Part shown: positions 10,154 to 19,025 of the stretch, one piece after another | Layout: each line of letters starts with the position of its first letter | Position numbering within the stretch: the stretch's first letter is position 1 | IMG/VR virus record: IMGVR_UViG_3300035698_035366 | Location: 1-64,000 of that record | Reading direction: 5' to 3' (one strand) | DNA length: 64,000 bases | Program-made: the position numbers and the translations under genes | Notes under the pieces: model-generated | What the model was told of the DNA's origin: nothing | Databases searched by the model: none | Seen by the model: only the letters and a program-made list of their open reading frames with translations

Positions 10154-10768
10154 ATGTCAAGATTTGTACCAATGGTTATCGAACAAGAAGGTCGCGGCGA
10201 GAGGTCATACGATATCTACTCACGCTTGCTTAAAGAGCGGATTGTTCTCCTCACCGGAGCCGTTGAGGATGATGTTGCAGCAAGTATCGTTGCACAATTG
10301 TTATTTTTGGAAAGTAGTGATGCCAAGAAAGATATTAGTTTTTATATCAATTCCCCAGGGGGTGTTGTTACCTCAGGAATGAGCATTTATGATACAATGA
10401 ATTTTGTAAGTTGCGACATCCAAACCATTTGTATTGGACAGGCTTGTTCGATGGGGTCATTCTTGCTTGCTGCTGGCACAAAGGGGAAACGATATTCGCT
10501 GCCAAGCAGTCGTATCATGCTTCACCAGCCAAGCGGTGGGGCTCAGGGCCAGGCTTCGGATATTGAAATCCAAGCAACTGAAATCCTGAAGCTTCGTGAA
10601 CGTTTGAACCAGATTTATGCAGATAACACTGGTCAGACTGTCGAACGCATTACGGAAGATTTGAACCGTGATAAGTTCTTTAGCGCAGATGAAGCCAAAG
10701 AATACGGCATTGTTGATCATGTTGTTGCCACCAAAGCGGAAGTTGGTTCCAGCAGCACGGATGAATGA
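10154..10768 (+). CDS. clpP: Clp protease proteolytic subunit
   Basis: [45 protein letters not shown] (Ser), MLHQP (His), RDKFFSA (Asp); GAGGAG RBS before ATG 10154. Confidence 0.95.
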   Translation: MSRFVPMVIEQEGRGERSYDIYSRLLKERIVLLTGAVEDDVAASIVAQLLFLESSDAKKDISFYINSPGGVVTSGMSIYDTMNFVSCDIQTICIGQACSMGSFLLAAGTKGKRYSLPSSRIMLHQPSGGAQGQASDIEIQATEILKLRERLNQIYADNTGQTVERITEDLNRDKFFSADEAKEYGIVDHVVATKAEVGSSSTDE

Positions 10769-11036
10769 ACCAAATTTGAATGAAGCCAATGCTGGTATAG
10801 AGGTAGTGATCAAATTGGATCGCAATATATCTCATAACCAGCTTGGCGATTTCGAAATTGGTCTTTCGATGTGGATTGAAGTAAATTGTCATTCTCCGGT
10901 ACTTGCTCGAAGAAATTATGGTGTTTCAACACTTGATATTCCTAAGTCGATCACAATAAAATTTGATGATCAAACAGAAGCCGTTTTATTCAAACTTTCT
11001 GATATATGTGATCATGATATCATAAGAAAAGATTGA
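10761..11036 (+). CDS. Hypothetical protein, 91 aa ([12 protein letters not shown] motif)
   Basis: ATG overlaps the clpP stop by 8 nt. Confidence 0.6.
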   Translation: MNEPNLNEANAGIEVVIKLDRNISHNQLGDFEIGLSMWIEVNCHSPVLARRNYGVSTLDIPKSITIKFDDQTEAVLFKLSDICDHDIIRKD

Positions 11037-11060
11037 CTTCTACTCCGGTCGTGTTATACT
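11033..11060 (+). promoter_or_regulatory. Sigma70-type promoter
   Basis: TTGACT-16 nt-TATACT with TG extension, upstream of the RNA ligase. Confidence 0.6.
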
Positions 11061-11087
11061 ATTAAATAGGATGAATTGGGGTTAATT

Positions 11088-12383
11088 ATGAAGTACAAGT
11101 TTCCAAAGATCACGCATATCGACCAGGTTCGGCGAGCAATTGCTGCGCATGGTCATGATGAATTTATCGAAGCGGAGCGTGAAGGATTCACGGTCTTTAA
11201 TTATCTTGTCAACAAGCCAAATACCTTTCCGTCGCTTAACACTCTTGTCTTTGATATTGAAAGTTACGACGATAATTGTGAAAACGATATCCAATTTTCT
11301 AATATTAACGAAGAGGATGCAACTATCCTCCGAGAGTGTCGGGGATTAACGTTTTATCCGGATGGTACGGTAGCAGCCCGGAAATTCCATAAGTTTTTCA
11401 ATCTCAATGAGCGTTTAGAGACTGAGTTCCGGAAGATCAATTGGGTGGATCAGCACGTTATTCTTGAAAAGTTGGACGGATCAATGTTGACACCGTTTAT
11501 GCGTGATGGTAAAATTGAGTGGCACACAAAAATGGGGGCTACCGATGTAGCCAAGATGGTTGATCCATTCATCAAGAATAATCCAAATTACAACGAGGCG
11601 GCTCGTTCGTTAATTAACGCCAGTCATACTCCGATTTTTGAATTCTGCTCACGTAAGAACCGAGTTGTCATTGATCACCCAGTTGACCGATTGGTTTTGC
11701 TTGCGGCGCGGGACAACATCACTGGTGAATATTACAATTATGAAGAACTGGTTATTCTTTCTTCGATGTTCAACCTTGAGTTGGTTCGCCAATATGAAGG
11801 CACGATCGAGACGATGGAGGCGTTCGTTGAGGGAGCACGCGGAGAGCCGGATATCGAAGGTTACGTGATCCGATTCGAAGATGGCCACATGCTCAAGGTT
11901 AAGGCGGACATTTATTTGGCTTTGCACAAGGCTGTTTCAAAGCTTTCCCAGGAGAAAGACGTTTGGCAGTTAGTCGTTGAGGATAAAATTGACGATTTGA
12001 AGGCAATCTTGCCGGATGACCAGCGATCCCGTTTAGACGATTTTGCCGGAAAGTTCTGGAAAAAGTTTGATGAGTTGGTTGATGGGCTTGTTACTGGCGT
12101 TCAGGCAGCGCGAGACGAGATTGACGCCGCTTACGTTGATCAGGAGAGTGTGTTCGACGGTGACGGATTGATGAAAGCAAAGAAGAAGGAGTATGCCCTT
12201 CATCACGCAGACAAGTTTGGTTATTTGAAACAGGCGTCTTTCCAGGTCTTCGATGGAAAGGATGCCCGAGAAATTGTGAAAAACGTTGTGTTGAGCAATG
12301 TTCGAACGAAGACGAAGGTTGATGCGTTCCGTAAGGTCTTTGATGGCCTAGAGTGGACGGAGTTTGAAATAGACGAGGATTAA
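11088..12383 (+). CDS. RNA ligase, T4 Rnl1/RnlA family
   Basis: RECRGL, KFHKFFN, motif I EKLDGS (KxDG), IFEF, EGYVI and KVKAD motifs. Confidence 0.85.
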   Translation: MKYKFPKITHIDQVRRAIAAHGHDEFIEAEREGFTVFNYLVNKPNTFPSLNTLVFDIESYDDNCENDIQFSNINEEDATILRECRGLTFYPDGTVAARKFHKFFNLNERLETEFRKINWVDQHVILEKLDGSMLTPFMRDGKIEWHTKMGATDVAKMVDPFIKNNPNYNEAARSLINASHTPIFEFCSRKNRVVIDHPVDRLVLLAARDNITGEYYNYEELVILSSMFNLELVRQYEGTIETMEAFVEGARGEPDIEGYVIRFEDGHMLKVKADIYLALHKAVSKLSQEKDVWQLVVEDKIDDLKAILPDDQRSRLDDFAGKFWKKFDELVDGLVTGVQAARDEIDAAYVDQESVFDGDGLMKAKKKEYALHHADKFGYLKQASFQVFDGKDAREIVKNVVLSNVRTKTKVDAFRKVFDGLEWTEFEIDED

Positions 12384-12391
12384 CAAAAAAG

Positions 12392-13087
12392 ATGACAGAT
12401 CACTTAGAAACACAATGGCAAAAAATTGTCAAACAAGCGTTTCCTGATTTAGTTAATGAGTCGGGCGAAGAAATCATTTTTCAAATGGCTGAAAGACTAG
12501 GGCAAGATCCCTACGAAGACAGTTATGACAAACTTGGTTATAAGAGTTTGTTTGGGCGAAGTTTCGATAAACTTTCTTTGAGTGATCTCACAAATAAAAC
12601 CATTTATTGCAAATTCCGTTCCGGTCCGCGCACCGGAACGGTTGCACGGCTTGTGAAGACTATCCAGATTTGGAAGAAGGGTGGGATGAAATATAAAAAC
12701 GGAACTTTTATTCCTTTGGTTGTTCAGCTTGAAAAGGTTGAAGTTAAAGTTGATAGTCGCCCTAGAAGCTGGAAACAGGACGTTTCGGAGATTGAGATTT
12801 TAGAGGGGGATGATCATGAAACGGTTTTCATTGAAGCCGATTCAGCTATTTCTTCCTTGCACGATAAGTTTGGAAAACAGCCAGAGATGGGGAGGTTTGT
12901 TATTGCCGCCGACCGAGACCGGATTCGAATGGGAACCGTTGAAAGCATTACACCAAAGACTTTTGTTATTGGTGGACAAACCGACAACGGTAATAATTGG
13001 ACACATCGAGTTACCGCAAAACATGGTTTTATAGTTGTCGATGAAAGTCTTGCCGATGATCTTCTTATATATCGCTTATCAATGTAG
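12392..13087 (+). CDS. Hypothetical protein, 231 aa
   Basis: Long ORF 8 nt after the ligase; no family recognised. Confidence 0.7.
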   Translation: MTDHLETQWQKIVKQAFPDLVNESGEEIIFQMAERLGQDPYEDSYDKLGYKSLFGRSFDKLSLSDLTNKTIYCKFRSGPRTGTVARLVKTIQIWKKGGMKYKNGTFIPLVVQLEKVEVKVDSRPRSWKQDVSEIEILEGDDHETVFIEADSAISSLHDKFGKQPEMGRFVIAADRDRIRMGTVESITPKTFVIGGQTDNGNNWTHRVTAKHGFIVVDESLADDLLIYRLSM

Positions 13088-13103
13088 GCTAAAGTTTTTT
13101 CCT

Positions 13104-13111
13104 TATAAATA
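13104..13111 (+). promoter_or_regulatory. T4-type late promoter TATAAATA
   Basis: Perfect match 37 nt upstream of the Hc1-like gene. Confidence 0.6.
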
Positions 13112-13148
13112 TTCATGTTATTATGAACATTTTGAAGGAGAATAACAA

Positions 13149-13337
13149 ATGTCAGTTGATTCACATACAGATAAACTACGTGAGCTTTTCGAACAATACC
13201 TAGAAGAGAATGAAAAGTTTTCACGCGGTAATGGTGCTGCTGGTACACGAGCACGAAAGGCACTAATGGAAATTAAGAAAGCTACGGACGGTCGCCGTAA
13301 GGAAATTCAAGAAGTTAAGAACGCCGCCAAAGGTTAA
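13149..13337 (+). CDS. Small histone H1-like (Hc1-family) nucleoid protein, 62 aa
   Basis: GNGAAGTRARKALMEIKK...RRKEIQ signature; GAAGGAG RBS. Confidence 0.7.
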   Translation: MSVDSHTDKLRELFEQYLEENEKFSRGNGAAGTRARKALMEIKKATDGRRKEIQEVKNAAKG

Positions 13338-13340
13338 TAG

Positions 13341-13979
13341 TTATTTTTTAGGTGCCGGTGGTACTGGCACATAAGTATTAGGATCGCTTGTTAGATTAAT
13401 TTCTAGCAGGCGATTTAATATGAGTGATAATTCATTGCAACCACCCTGTCCCTTAGAAAATCGTTTCCAAAATATATCCGACTCTGCTGGATCGGTTGTT
13501 GATATATAATGAGAATTGGCAAGAGTTTTTAATGTTTTGTCGCGTTCCTGGGCATATTCCACAATTATATTTGAAATATCAATTTTTCTAGTATTCGCAA
13601 CATCAACAATTTTCTTTAAAAGTTTAGATAACATTTCTGAGTCATTACCGGCGACTAAAGCGGCACTAACTAGTGGTTGCCATTCTAATGGTCGTGCACC
13701 AATTGCTCGCAAAAGACCAACGGATGATAATGATTCATGATAGAAGAATATATATGATCCCTGACAAAATGCAGCGCCATTAAACAACATATTTACAATT
13801 GGTCTAAATTGATTCATCTCTACGGTTCTTAAATCAATATCAGTTTTGGAATCTAATACTATGTTTTCATTGGTGTTGGTAGGAAGATCAACTTTTGGTA
13901 ATGACTGCGCATTAATAGGAAAGTTAATAAATAATAGGGCCAACGTTGTTACCATAAAACATGCTCGAACAATGTTCAT
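13341..13979 (-). CDS. Hypothetical exported protein with signal peptide, ~212 aa
   Basis: GGAG RBS before ATG 13979; MNIVRACFMVTTLALLFINFPINA-QS resembles a Sec signal peptide; the only minus-strand gene in a plus-strand block. Confidence 0.65.
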   Translation of the reverse strand: MNIVRACFMVTTLALLFINFPINAQSLPKVDLPTNTNENIVLDSKTDIDLRTVEMNQFRPIVNMLFNGAAFCQGSYIFFYHESLSSVGLLRAIGARPLEWQPLVSAALVAGNDSEMLSKLLKKIVDVANTRKIDISNIIVEYAQERDKTLKTLANSHYISTTDPAESDIFWKRFSKGQGGCNELSLILNRLLEINLTSDPNTYVPVPPAPKK

Positions 13980-14073
13980 TATTTTCTCCGAAAAGTAATT
14001 GAATACTTGTATATTTAGTATGTTAACTATAATACATATTGAATTAAAATACAACATAGGTTATAATCGTAAT

Positions 14074-15300
14074 ATGATAAAAGATATAAAAAAATTACCA
14101 CTGCATAGTTTAATCCTTGTTTTTGGTGCGGATGATCTAGAGAGAACAAACATAATATCGAATGTTTTTCTTAATTATGAAATTGTTTCAAAAAACAGTG
14201 TTATGGAAAGTGTTTTGGGTGTTTCAAATCGAAAAGAATTATATCGGGTTATGTGGCTAGAAGCCAAACGGCGGATTGTTTTAAAATTGCGGTATGGTGA
14301 GCGGGTTGTATTAGATATGGGCATGTTGACCCATAAGGAAAGACAGGAGGTTGCTCGAGTAGCAGAACGATACGCTGTATCAGTTTTTTATCTTATTGTT
14401 GGCAACAAAACAACTAATGATTTTATACGATTCGAAAAACAGATTAGGCGTGGTGATGGTTTAGCCGAGGTTATAGATGGTCGTACTTATAAAATAGAAG
14501 CTATTAGTAAATTACCATATAGTAATTTGTCTAAAGCAATTAAAGATCGCGGTTATACCGGAGTAACGGTTATACCTGATGTCCATGCAGTTTATACGGC
14601 TTTGCGATCAGCAAGAACATGGTCTACTTCAAGAGGCCACTTTATGGTCTTCCTCGGAGACATAGTTGACTATGGTCCAAAACCAGTAGAATGCATAGAT
14701 GAAATTTATGATATTGTTATGAATGGTGAAGGTTGTTTGGTTTATGGAAACCATGAACGGAAAATTGAAAAATGGCTTGAGCAAGATAGAACTGGGAACG
14801 TTCGCGTAAAACTTTCTGAAGGGAATAAGGTCACTATTGATATTATTCAAAAATTGAGCAGTTTCAATAGAGAGCGGTTTGAGAATCGATATATGGCTTT
14901 GATGATGCACGCGAGACACCATTTTAACATCGACAATACCACATTGGCCCATGCCGGAGTTGATCCCGAAATGTATAACAATACTGAACACCGTCTTAGC
15001 AATCATGCTCACGCAAATTTGGCTATGTTTGGTTTAATTGATGAAAAACACCCGAGAACAGAAAATGGAGAACTTAACCGTCTTTATACCTGGTGTGATA
15101 ATATACCAGAACAAAATATCGCTATTGTGGGTCATGATATTAGATCAATAGTTAAACCAATAACAGTTGTAAATAATAACGGTGGTGAATCAGTGTTTAT
15201 GGATACAGGGTCTGGAAAATCTGGAATTCTAACAACCGCTGATCTCAAATGGGATAAAAAAGATGGGAAACTCAGAATCAGTAATTTTAAACGGCATTAA
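14074..15300 (+). CDS. Pnkp-like protein: degenerate kinase domain plus calcineurin-like metallophosphoesterase (~408 aa)
   Basis: N-terminus parallels the bacterial Pnkp kinase (LILVFG...EIVS...RIVLKLRYGERVVLD), but the P-loop position reads GADDLERT; C-terminal PDVHA, FLGDIVDYG, GNHE, LAHAG, VGHD and MDTG motifs. Confidence 0.75.
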   Translation: MIKDIKKLPLHSLILVFGADDLERTNIISNVFLNYEIVSKNSVMESVLGVSNRKELYRVMWLEAKRRIVLKLRYGERVVLDMGMLTHKERQEVARVAERYAVSVFYLIVGNKTTNDFIRFEKQIRRGDGLAEVIDGRTYKIEAISKLPYSNLSKAIKDRGYTGVTVIPDVHAVYTALRSARTWSTSRGHFMVFLGDIVDYGPKPVECIDEIYDIVMNGEGCLVYGNHERKIEKWLEQDRTGNVRVKLSEGNKVTIDIIQKLSSFNRERFENRYMALMMHARHHFNIDNTTLAHAGVDPEMYNNTEHRLSNHAHANLAMFGLIDEKHPRTENGELNRLYTWCDNIPEQNIAIVGHDIRSIVKPITVVNNNGGESVFMDTGSGKSGILTTADLKWDKKDGKLRISNFKRH

Positions 15301-15523
15301 TATCGAAAAGCTATTTGCTGTATATATTGAAAAATATGATTGGGAAAGTAAAATTTCTTTTAGAAATCGGGCTGATAGATTAATACACCAACATAATTTA
15401 ACAGTAATTACCGGAAGATACATAGTTGAATTTCTTTCCGGAACACGACAAAACAAAATTCTGGGCTTAAAAATGTGGTTTGAGAATGAAGAAGATGCGG
15501 TTTTGCTGCGACTTTCTATATGA
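15263..15523 (+). CDS. Hypothetical protein, ~86 aa (FENEEDAVLLRL motif)
   Basis: Shares the C-terminal motif of other small ORFs here; start uncertain (38-nt overlap). Confidence 0.55.
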   Translation: MGNSESVILNGINIEKLFAVYIEKYDWESKISFRNRADRLIHQHNLTVITGRYIVEFLSGTRQNKILGLKMWFENEEDAVLLRLSI

Positions 15524-15526
15524 ACC

Positions 15527-15557
15527 TTGACATTTTAATTAAAGTAGTGTATAAATA
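15527..15557 (+). promoter_or_regulatory. Composite promoter: TTGACA-17-TATAAA overlapping late TATAAATA
   Basis: TTGACA at 15527-15532 and TATAAATA at 15550-15557, upstream of the HNH gene. Confidence 0.6.
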
Positions 15558-15643
15558 ATATTGGAGCAGTAATATATCCATTATGGGTTAAAATGATGTA
15601 TTCACTAAATACTTGAATACGTTGTAATACAGGAGTAGAACAA

Positions 15644-16192
15644 ATGAGCGACACACTGATTTTAAACGCGGATTATTTGCCTTTGAGCATAGTACCATTC
15701 AGTTCATTGACCTGGCAGGATGCTATTAAAGCTGAATGGCTTGAGCGTGCCGACGTGGCCGGAGAGTACGATAATTGGGTTGTGCGTTCTCCTTCAATTG
15801 AAATGTTTGTTCCTACTGTTCTACGTCTTCGTGATTATGTTACGATATCGCGTAAAATAAAGTTCAGTCGTTACAATTTATACTTACGCGACAGCTTTAA
15901 GTGCCAATATTGCGGTGATGATTATAGTGGTCACCCCCATGATTTAACAATGGATCATGTTATTCCACGCAAGGAAGGTGGTCGTACAAATTGGACCAAC
16001 CTTGTCGCGGCATGTTCTGATTGTAATGTCAAGAAGAGTCATTACCACAAAATGAAGCCTTCTTATGCTCCGTATCGGCCTGATTACTGGGAATTAACGA
16101 CTAAAAGGAAGAAGTTCCCTATTACGGTTTCTCATCCAGACTGGATTGAATATCTTGACTGGAAAGAAGGATTAATTGCCATCAAGCGTTAG
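15644..16192 (+). CDS. HNH endonuclease (McrA/HNH_5-like), 182 aa
   Basis: LRDSFKCQYCG, TMDHVIPRKEGG, NLVAACSDCNVKKSH; CAGGAG RBS. Confidence 0.9.
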   Translation: MSDTLILNADYLPLSIVPFSSLTWQDAIKAEWLERADVAGEYDNWVVRSPSIEMFVPTVLRLRDYVTISRKIKFSRYNLYLRDSFKCQYCGDDYSGHPHDLTMDHVIPRKEGGRTNWTNLVAACSDCNVKKSHYHKMKPSYAPYRPDYWELTTKRKKFPITVSHPDWIEYLDWKEGLIAIKR

Positions 16193-16215
16193 GCCAATTA
16201 ATAAATATTTCCATC

Positions 16216-16256
16216 TTAAAGGGGGTTTCATAATTATATTGAAAATCCCCCTTTAA
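16216..16256. terminator. Long inverted repeat, possible terminator
   Basis: TTAAAGGGGG...CCCCCTTTAA perfect 10-bp arms plus inner TTTCA/TGAAA, downstream of the HNH gene. Confidence 0.5.
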
Positions 16257-16290
16257 TACCCCATAATACAGTTATCTAAATAATACAATG

Positions 16291-16298
16291 TATAAATA
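16291..16298 (+). promoter_or_regulatory. T4-type late promoter TATAAATA
   Basis: Perfect match upstream of ORF 16352. Confidence 0.55.
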
Positions 16299-16351
16299 TT
16301 ATACGTTGTTGAGTTATATACTCATATAATAATCAAAAAGGAGAAATACAA

Positions 16352-16642
16352 ATGAACGAAGAAACCACACTAGAAACTGTTGAAACTACAACCGAAGACG
16401 CCGCTGTTCCTACTGAAGAGACTGAGGCAACTGGTCCAACACTAAGCATTGTTGACGTGCGTAATGCAGTTAATGTTATTGATTTTGCATGTAACCAGGG
16501 CGCTTTCAAGGGTTGGGAAGTAATTACTCAGGTTATGGGTGTTCGAAATAATTTGAACGCTTTTGTTCAAGCAGTTACGCCAGAAAAGCCAGAAGATGAA
16601 GGAAGTGCAGAAAGCCCAGAAAGCGAAACACCTGCTGAATAA
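16352..16642 (+). CDS. Acidic hypothetical protein, 96 aa (resembles conserved T4-like phage proteins)
   Basis: AAGGAG RBS; core LSIVDVRNAVNVIDFACNQGAFK flanked by acidic tails. Confidence 0.7.
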   Translation: MNEETTLETVETTTEDAAVPTEETEATGPTLSIVDVRNAVNVIDFACNQGAFKGWEVITQVMGVRNNLNAFVQAVTPEKPEDEGSAESPESETPAE

Positions 16643-16702
16643 CCAGTAGTATAAAATTAGTTAATAATAAAATAATAATAATAGCATGGATGCCAAACAC
16701 CA

Positions 16703-17026
16703 ATGACCAGTGACATGATTTTAGATTTTAATTTTAAACCAGGACAAAAAGCAAAACTAATTTATTGGTCTGGTCATCAGTTAGAAACAGCGCATTATAT
16801 TATCATTGAAGTTGTTAATTCTTTAAAAATAAGTGACCATAAATGGTATACAGTTAAAATACCAAAAACTATTATGTCACACAACAATCAAAAAAAATTG
16901 GGTGTAAGTAAAGAAAATATTACTTGCACTGATACGGATCATATTTTCTTTAAAGTAGATCCAGATGAATTAGAACCATTATCAAGTGATTTAGATTTGG
17001 TTATGAATGAACACTATTTGAGGTAA
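16703..17026 (+). CDS. Hypothetical protein, 107 aa
   Basis: ORF in co-directional cluster. Confidence 0.55.
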   Translation: MTSDMILDFNFKPGQKAKLIYWSGHQLETAHYIIIEVVNSLKISDHKWYTVKIPKTIMSHNNQKKLGVSKENITCTDTDHIFFKVDPDELEPLSSDLDLVMNEHYLR

Positions 17027-17030
17027 AAAT

Positions 17031-17732
17031 ATGTTAAAACACGTTGGAAGATTATCATCAACAGACGCAAAAGTTGTTGTTGTTTATATGCAAATACCTG
17101 GAAAAGAGGATCATGCACTTGTTTGCGAAAGTAATGCTCTTCCTGACCGAATGCACGACGCGGTTATGAGAGCGTTGGAATCAAAAACCGGGCAAGCCGC
17201 ACAAAACCTAGGTGAATATTTTGGTCGCCAATTCCTGAGTGATATGGGTTGTGATATTATGACCGGTCTACATCGTGCAGGTCGACTACGCCCCGTCCCC
17301 GTTACTGATGTACAGATGGTGCCATCAGCTGGTCATGCGTATCCGTTGAACGAAATTCTTCGAAACATGGGCAAGCTTCCAGAAGCAGGCATCCCAGTTG
17401 ATGCAGCAAAGTATGGTGATCCAAACGATACAAAGTTTAATCCTCATGCCCATAATCATGGCATCGACGAGTCAGAAGATGCTTTACAGTCAGCTAAAGG
17501 AAGACTAGCTCAAGCTAATATGCTGCAAATGGAAGCAAACAAGATTAAGGAAGATGCCTACAGGATGGCACCAAGTTTACGTCCACAAAGTCAAGCTGCT
17601 AAAAAATCCGAAGTTGATTCAGCAGAAGTGCTAGTAGAAGAGAAGAAAACTACTAGAACGGCCCCAACTAAGAAAACAACTACTAGAAAAACACCAGCTA
17701 AAAAAGCTGCTACTAAAAAAGTAACGGCATAA
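17031..17732 (+). CDS. Conserved phage hypothetical protein with basic K/T/A-rich tail, 233 aa
   Basis: GAGG RBS; MLKHVGR N-terminus; tail KKTTRTAPTKKTTTRKTPAKKAATKK. Confidence 0.75.
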   Translation: MLKHVGRLSSTDAKVVVVYMQIPGKEDHALVCESNALPDRMHDAVMRALESKTGQAAQNLGEYFGRQFLSDMGCDIMTGLHRAGRLRPVPVTDVQMVPSAGHAYPLNEILRNMGKLPEAGIPVDAAKYGDPNDTKFNPHAHNHGIDESEDALQSAKGRLAQANMLQMEANKIKEDAYRMAPSLRPQSQAAKKSEVDSAEVLVEEKKTTRTAPTKKTTTRKTPAKKAATKKVTA

Positions 17733-17752
17733 ATTTAAATAATAAAATAACA

Positions 17753-18037
17753 ATGAGCGGGTTAAACCGCTCAGATCGAATGAGAAAAGAACTTATAAAA
17801 GCAATCATTGAAGAACGGGAACGTCACTTAAACCTTCCTGGTTCCGAATTTGACTTAAATAATGGTCCAAATGATTGGGTCGCAATTGCTGGTCGATACC
17901 TTACAGAAGGAGCCCAGCGTAAAGGTGTAACTCCTTTATCAGATGATTTTATTGATAATCTTACCAAAGCTGCCGCGGTGATATTAGCTGGGCTTGAACA
18001 TGTCAACCACATGAAAGAAAATAAGAGATTAAAATAA
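17753..18037 (+). CDS. Small all-helical protein, possibly MazG-like NTP pyrophosphatase fold
   Basis: EERERH...NDW...L.KAAAVILAGLE pattern resembles MazG-like phage proteins; weak. Confidence 0.4.
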   Translation: MSGLNRSDRMRKELIKAIIEERERHLNLPGSEFDLNNGPNDWVAIAGRYLTEGAQRKGVTPLSDDFIDNLTKAAAVILAGLEHVNHMKENKRLK

Positions 18038-18105
18038 TATTGACTTTTCACTTGATAATGCGTTAGTATTAATTGTTAACTAATTAATTATTGGTAAGAA
18101 AATAT

Positions 18106-18663
18106 ATGAATAATAAAAGTTTATTACCAAGCTATAGGGCAAAATTACTGCGCCGTTACAAGAAATTTAATCAATGTTTTATTAAATCCAATGGCCCGTG
18201 GTTTTTACGTTTTGCCAAGTGGCTACGTTATCGTGGAAAAACTAGAATGATTCTGGATAGGTCGGGTGATGAGCCGTACCTCGAAAGATTTTATCTCTTA
18301 AATTTACGTCCTTTATGCAGGATAACAATTCATTGTTTCTGGAAATCAGATGATGATGGTGGATTGCATGATCACCCCTGGAGGTTTGCTGGATCTAAAA
18401 TTTTATCTGGTGGTTATTGGGAACATTTAGAAGATGGATCAAAAGTTTGGTGTGATAATAAAACCCCATTAAGATGGTTTGGTGGAGAATATTTGCATCG
18501 CGTAGAATTGCAAAACGAGGGTGATAGAGTTTGGACCTTGTTTATTATGGGACCAAAATATCGAAACTGGGGATTTGTACCGTTTGATGGTGATAAAAAA
18601 TGGGTTTATTGGAAAGATTATATAACCCAAAAGCGTTTACGCTTACAAGGGAGGGTTCAATAG
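18106..18663 (+). CDS. Cupin-fold protein, ~185 aa
   Basis: LHDHPW, ILSGGYWEH, LHRVEL, WTLFIMGPK.RNWGF motifs. Confidence 0.7.
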   Translation: MNNKSLLPSYRAKLLRRYKKFNQCFIKSNGPWFLRFAKWLRYRGKTRMILDRSGDEPYLERFYLLNLRPLCRITIHCFWKSDDDGGLHDHPWRFAGSKILSGGYWEHLEDGSKVWCDNKTPLRWFGGEYLHRVELQNEGDRVWTLFIMGPKYRNWGFVPFDGDKKWVYWKDYITQKRLRLQGRVQ

Positions 18664-18707
18664 ACTAAGAACTAAATACTAATACAACAATTAATTGAGG
18701 TATTGTT

Positions 18708-19025
18708 ATGTTAGTTAGAAGAAAAATTACTGAGCTTACTGATAACGATCTTATTGAAATCTTTTCAAATGTGCAATATGAAGATATTCCTGCAGAATTT
18801 ATTGCGGGTGCAAAATTAATGAATCAGAATGGTACGTGTAGTTATTTTACTGGTGAAGAATTTAAAGATTTTATGATGAAAATAAAGCAAACCAACAATA
18901 TAGTTCCATATGGTGAGTTTGAATTGTCTTTAAATGTAGATCGATTTTCAAAAAATGTAAATTCTATTACCAAAGAAATTTTGGATAAGGCCATTAGGAA
19001 TGATAAAAGCAATTCTAGCAATTGA
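18708..19025 (+). CDS. Hypothetical protein, 105 aa
   Basis: GAGG RBS; overlaps the DHFR start. Confidence 0.65.
   Translation: MLVRRKITELTDNDLIEIFSNVQYEDIPAEFIAGAKLMNQNGTCSYFTGEEFKDFMMKIKQTNNIVPYGEFELSLNVDRFSKNVNSITKEILDKAIRNDKSNSSN

Noticed and set aside
15644-16192. Mobile homing endonuclease
   Set aside because: Looks like the standalone McrA-type HNH family with no intron or intein context; mobility is not supported by the sequence.
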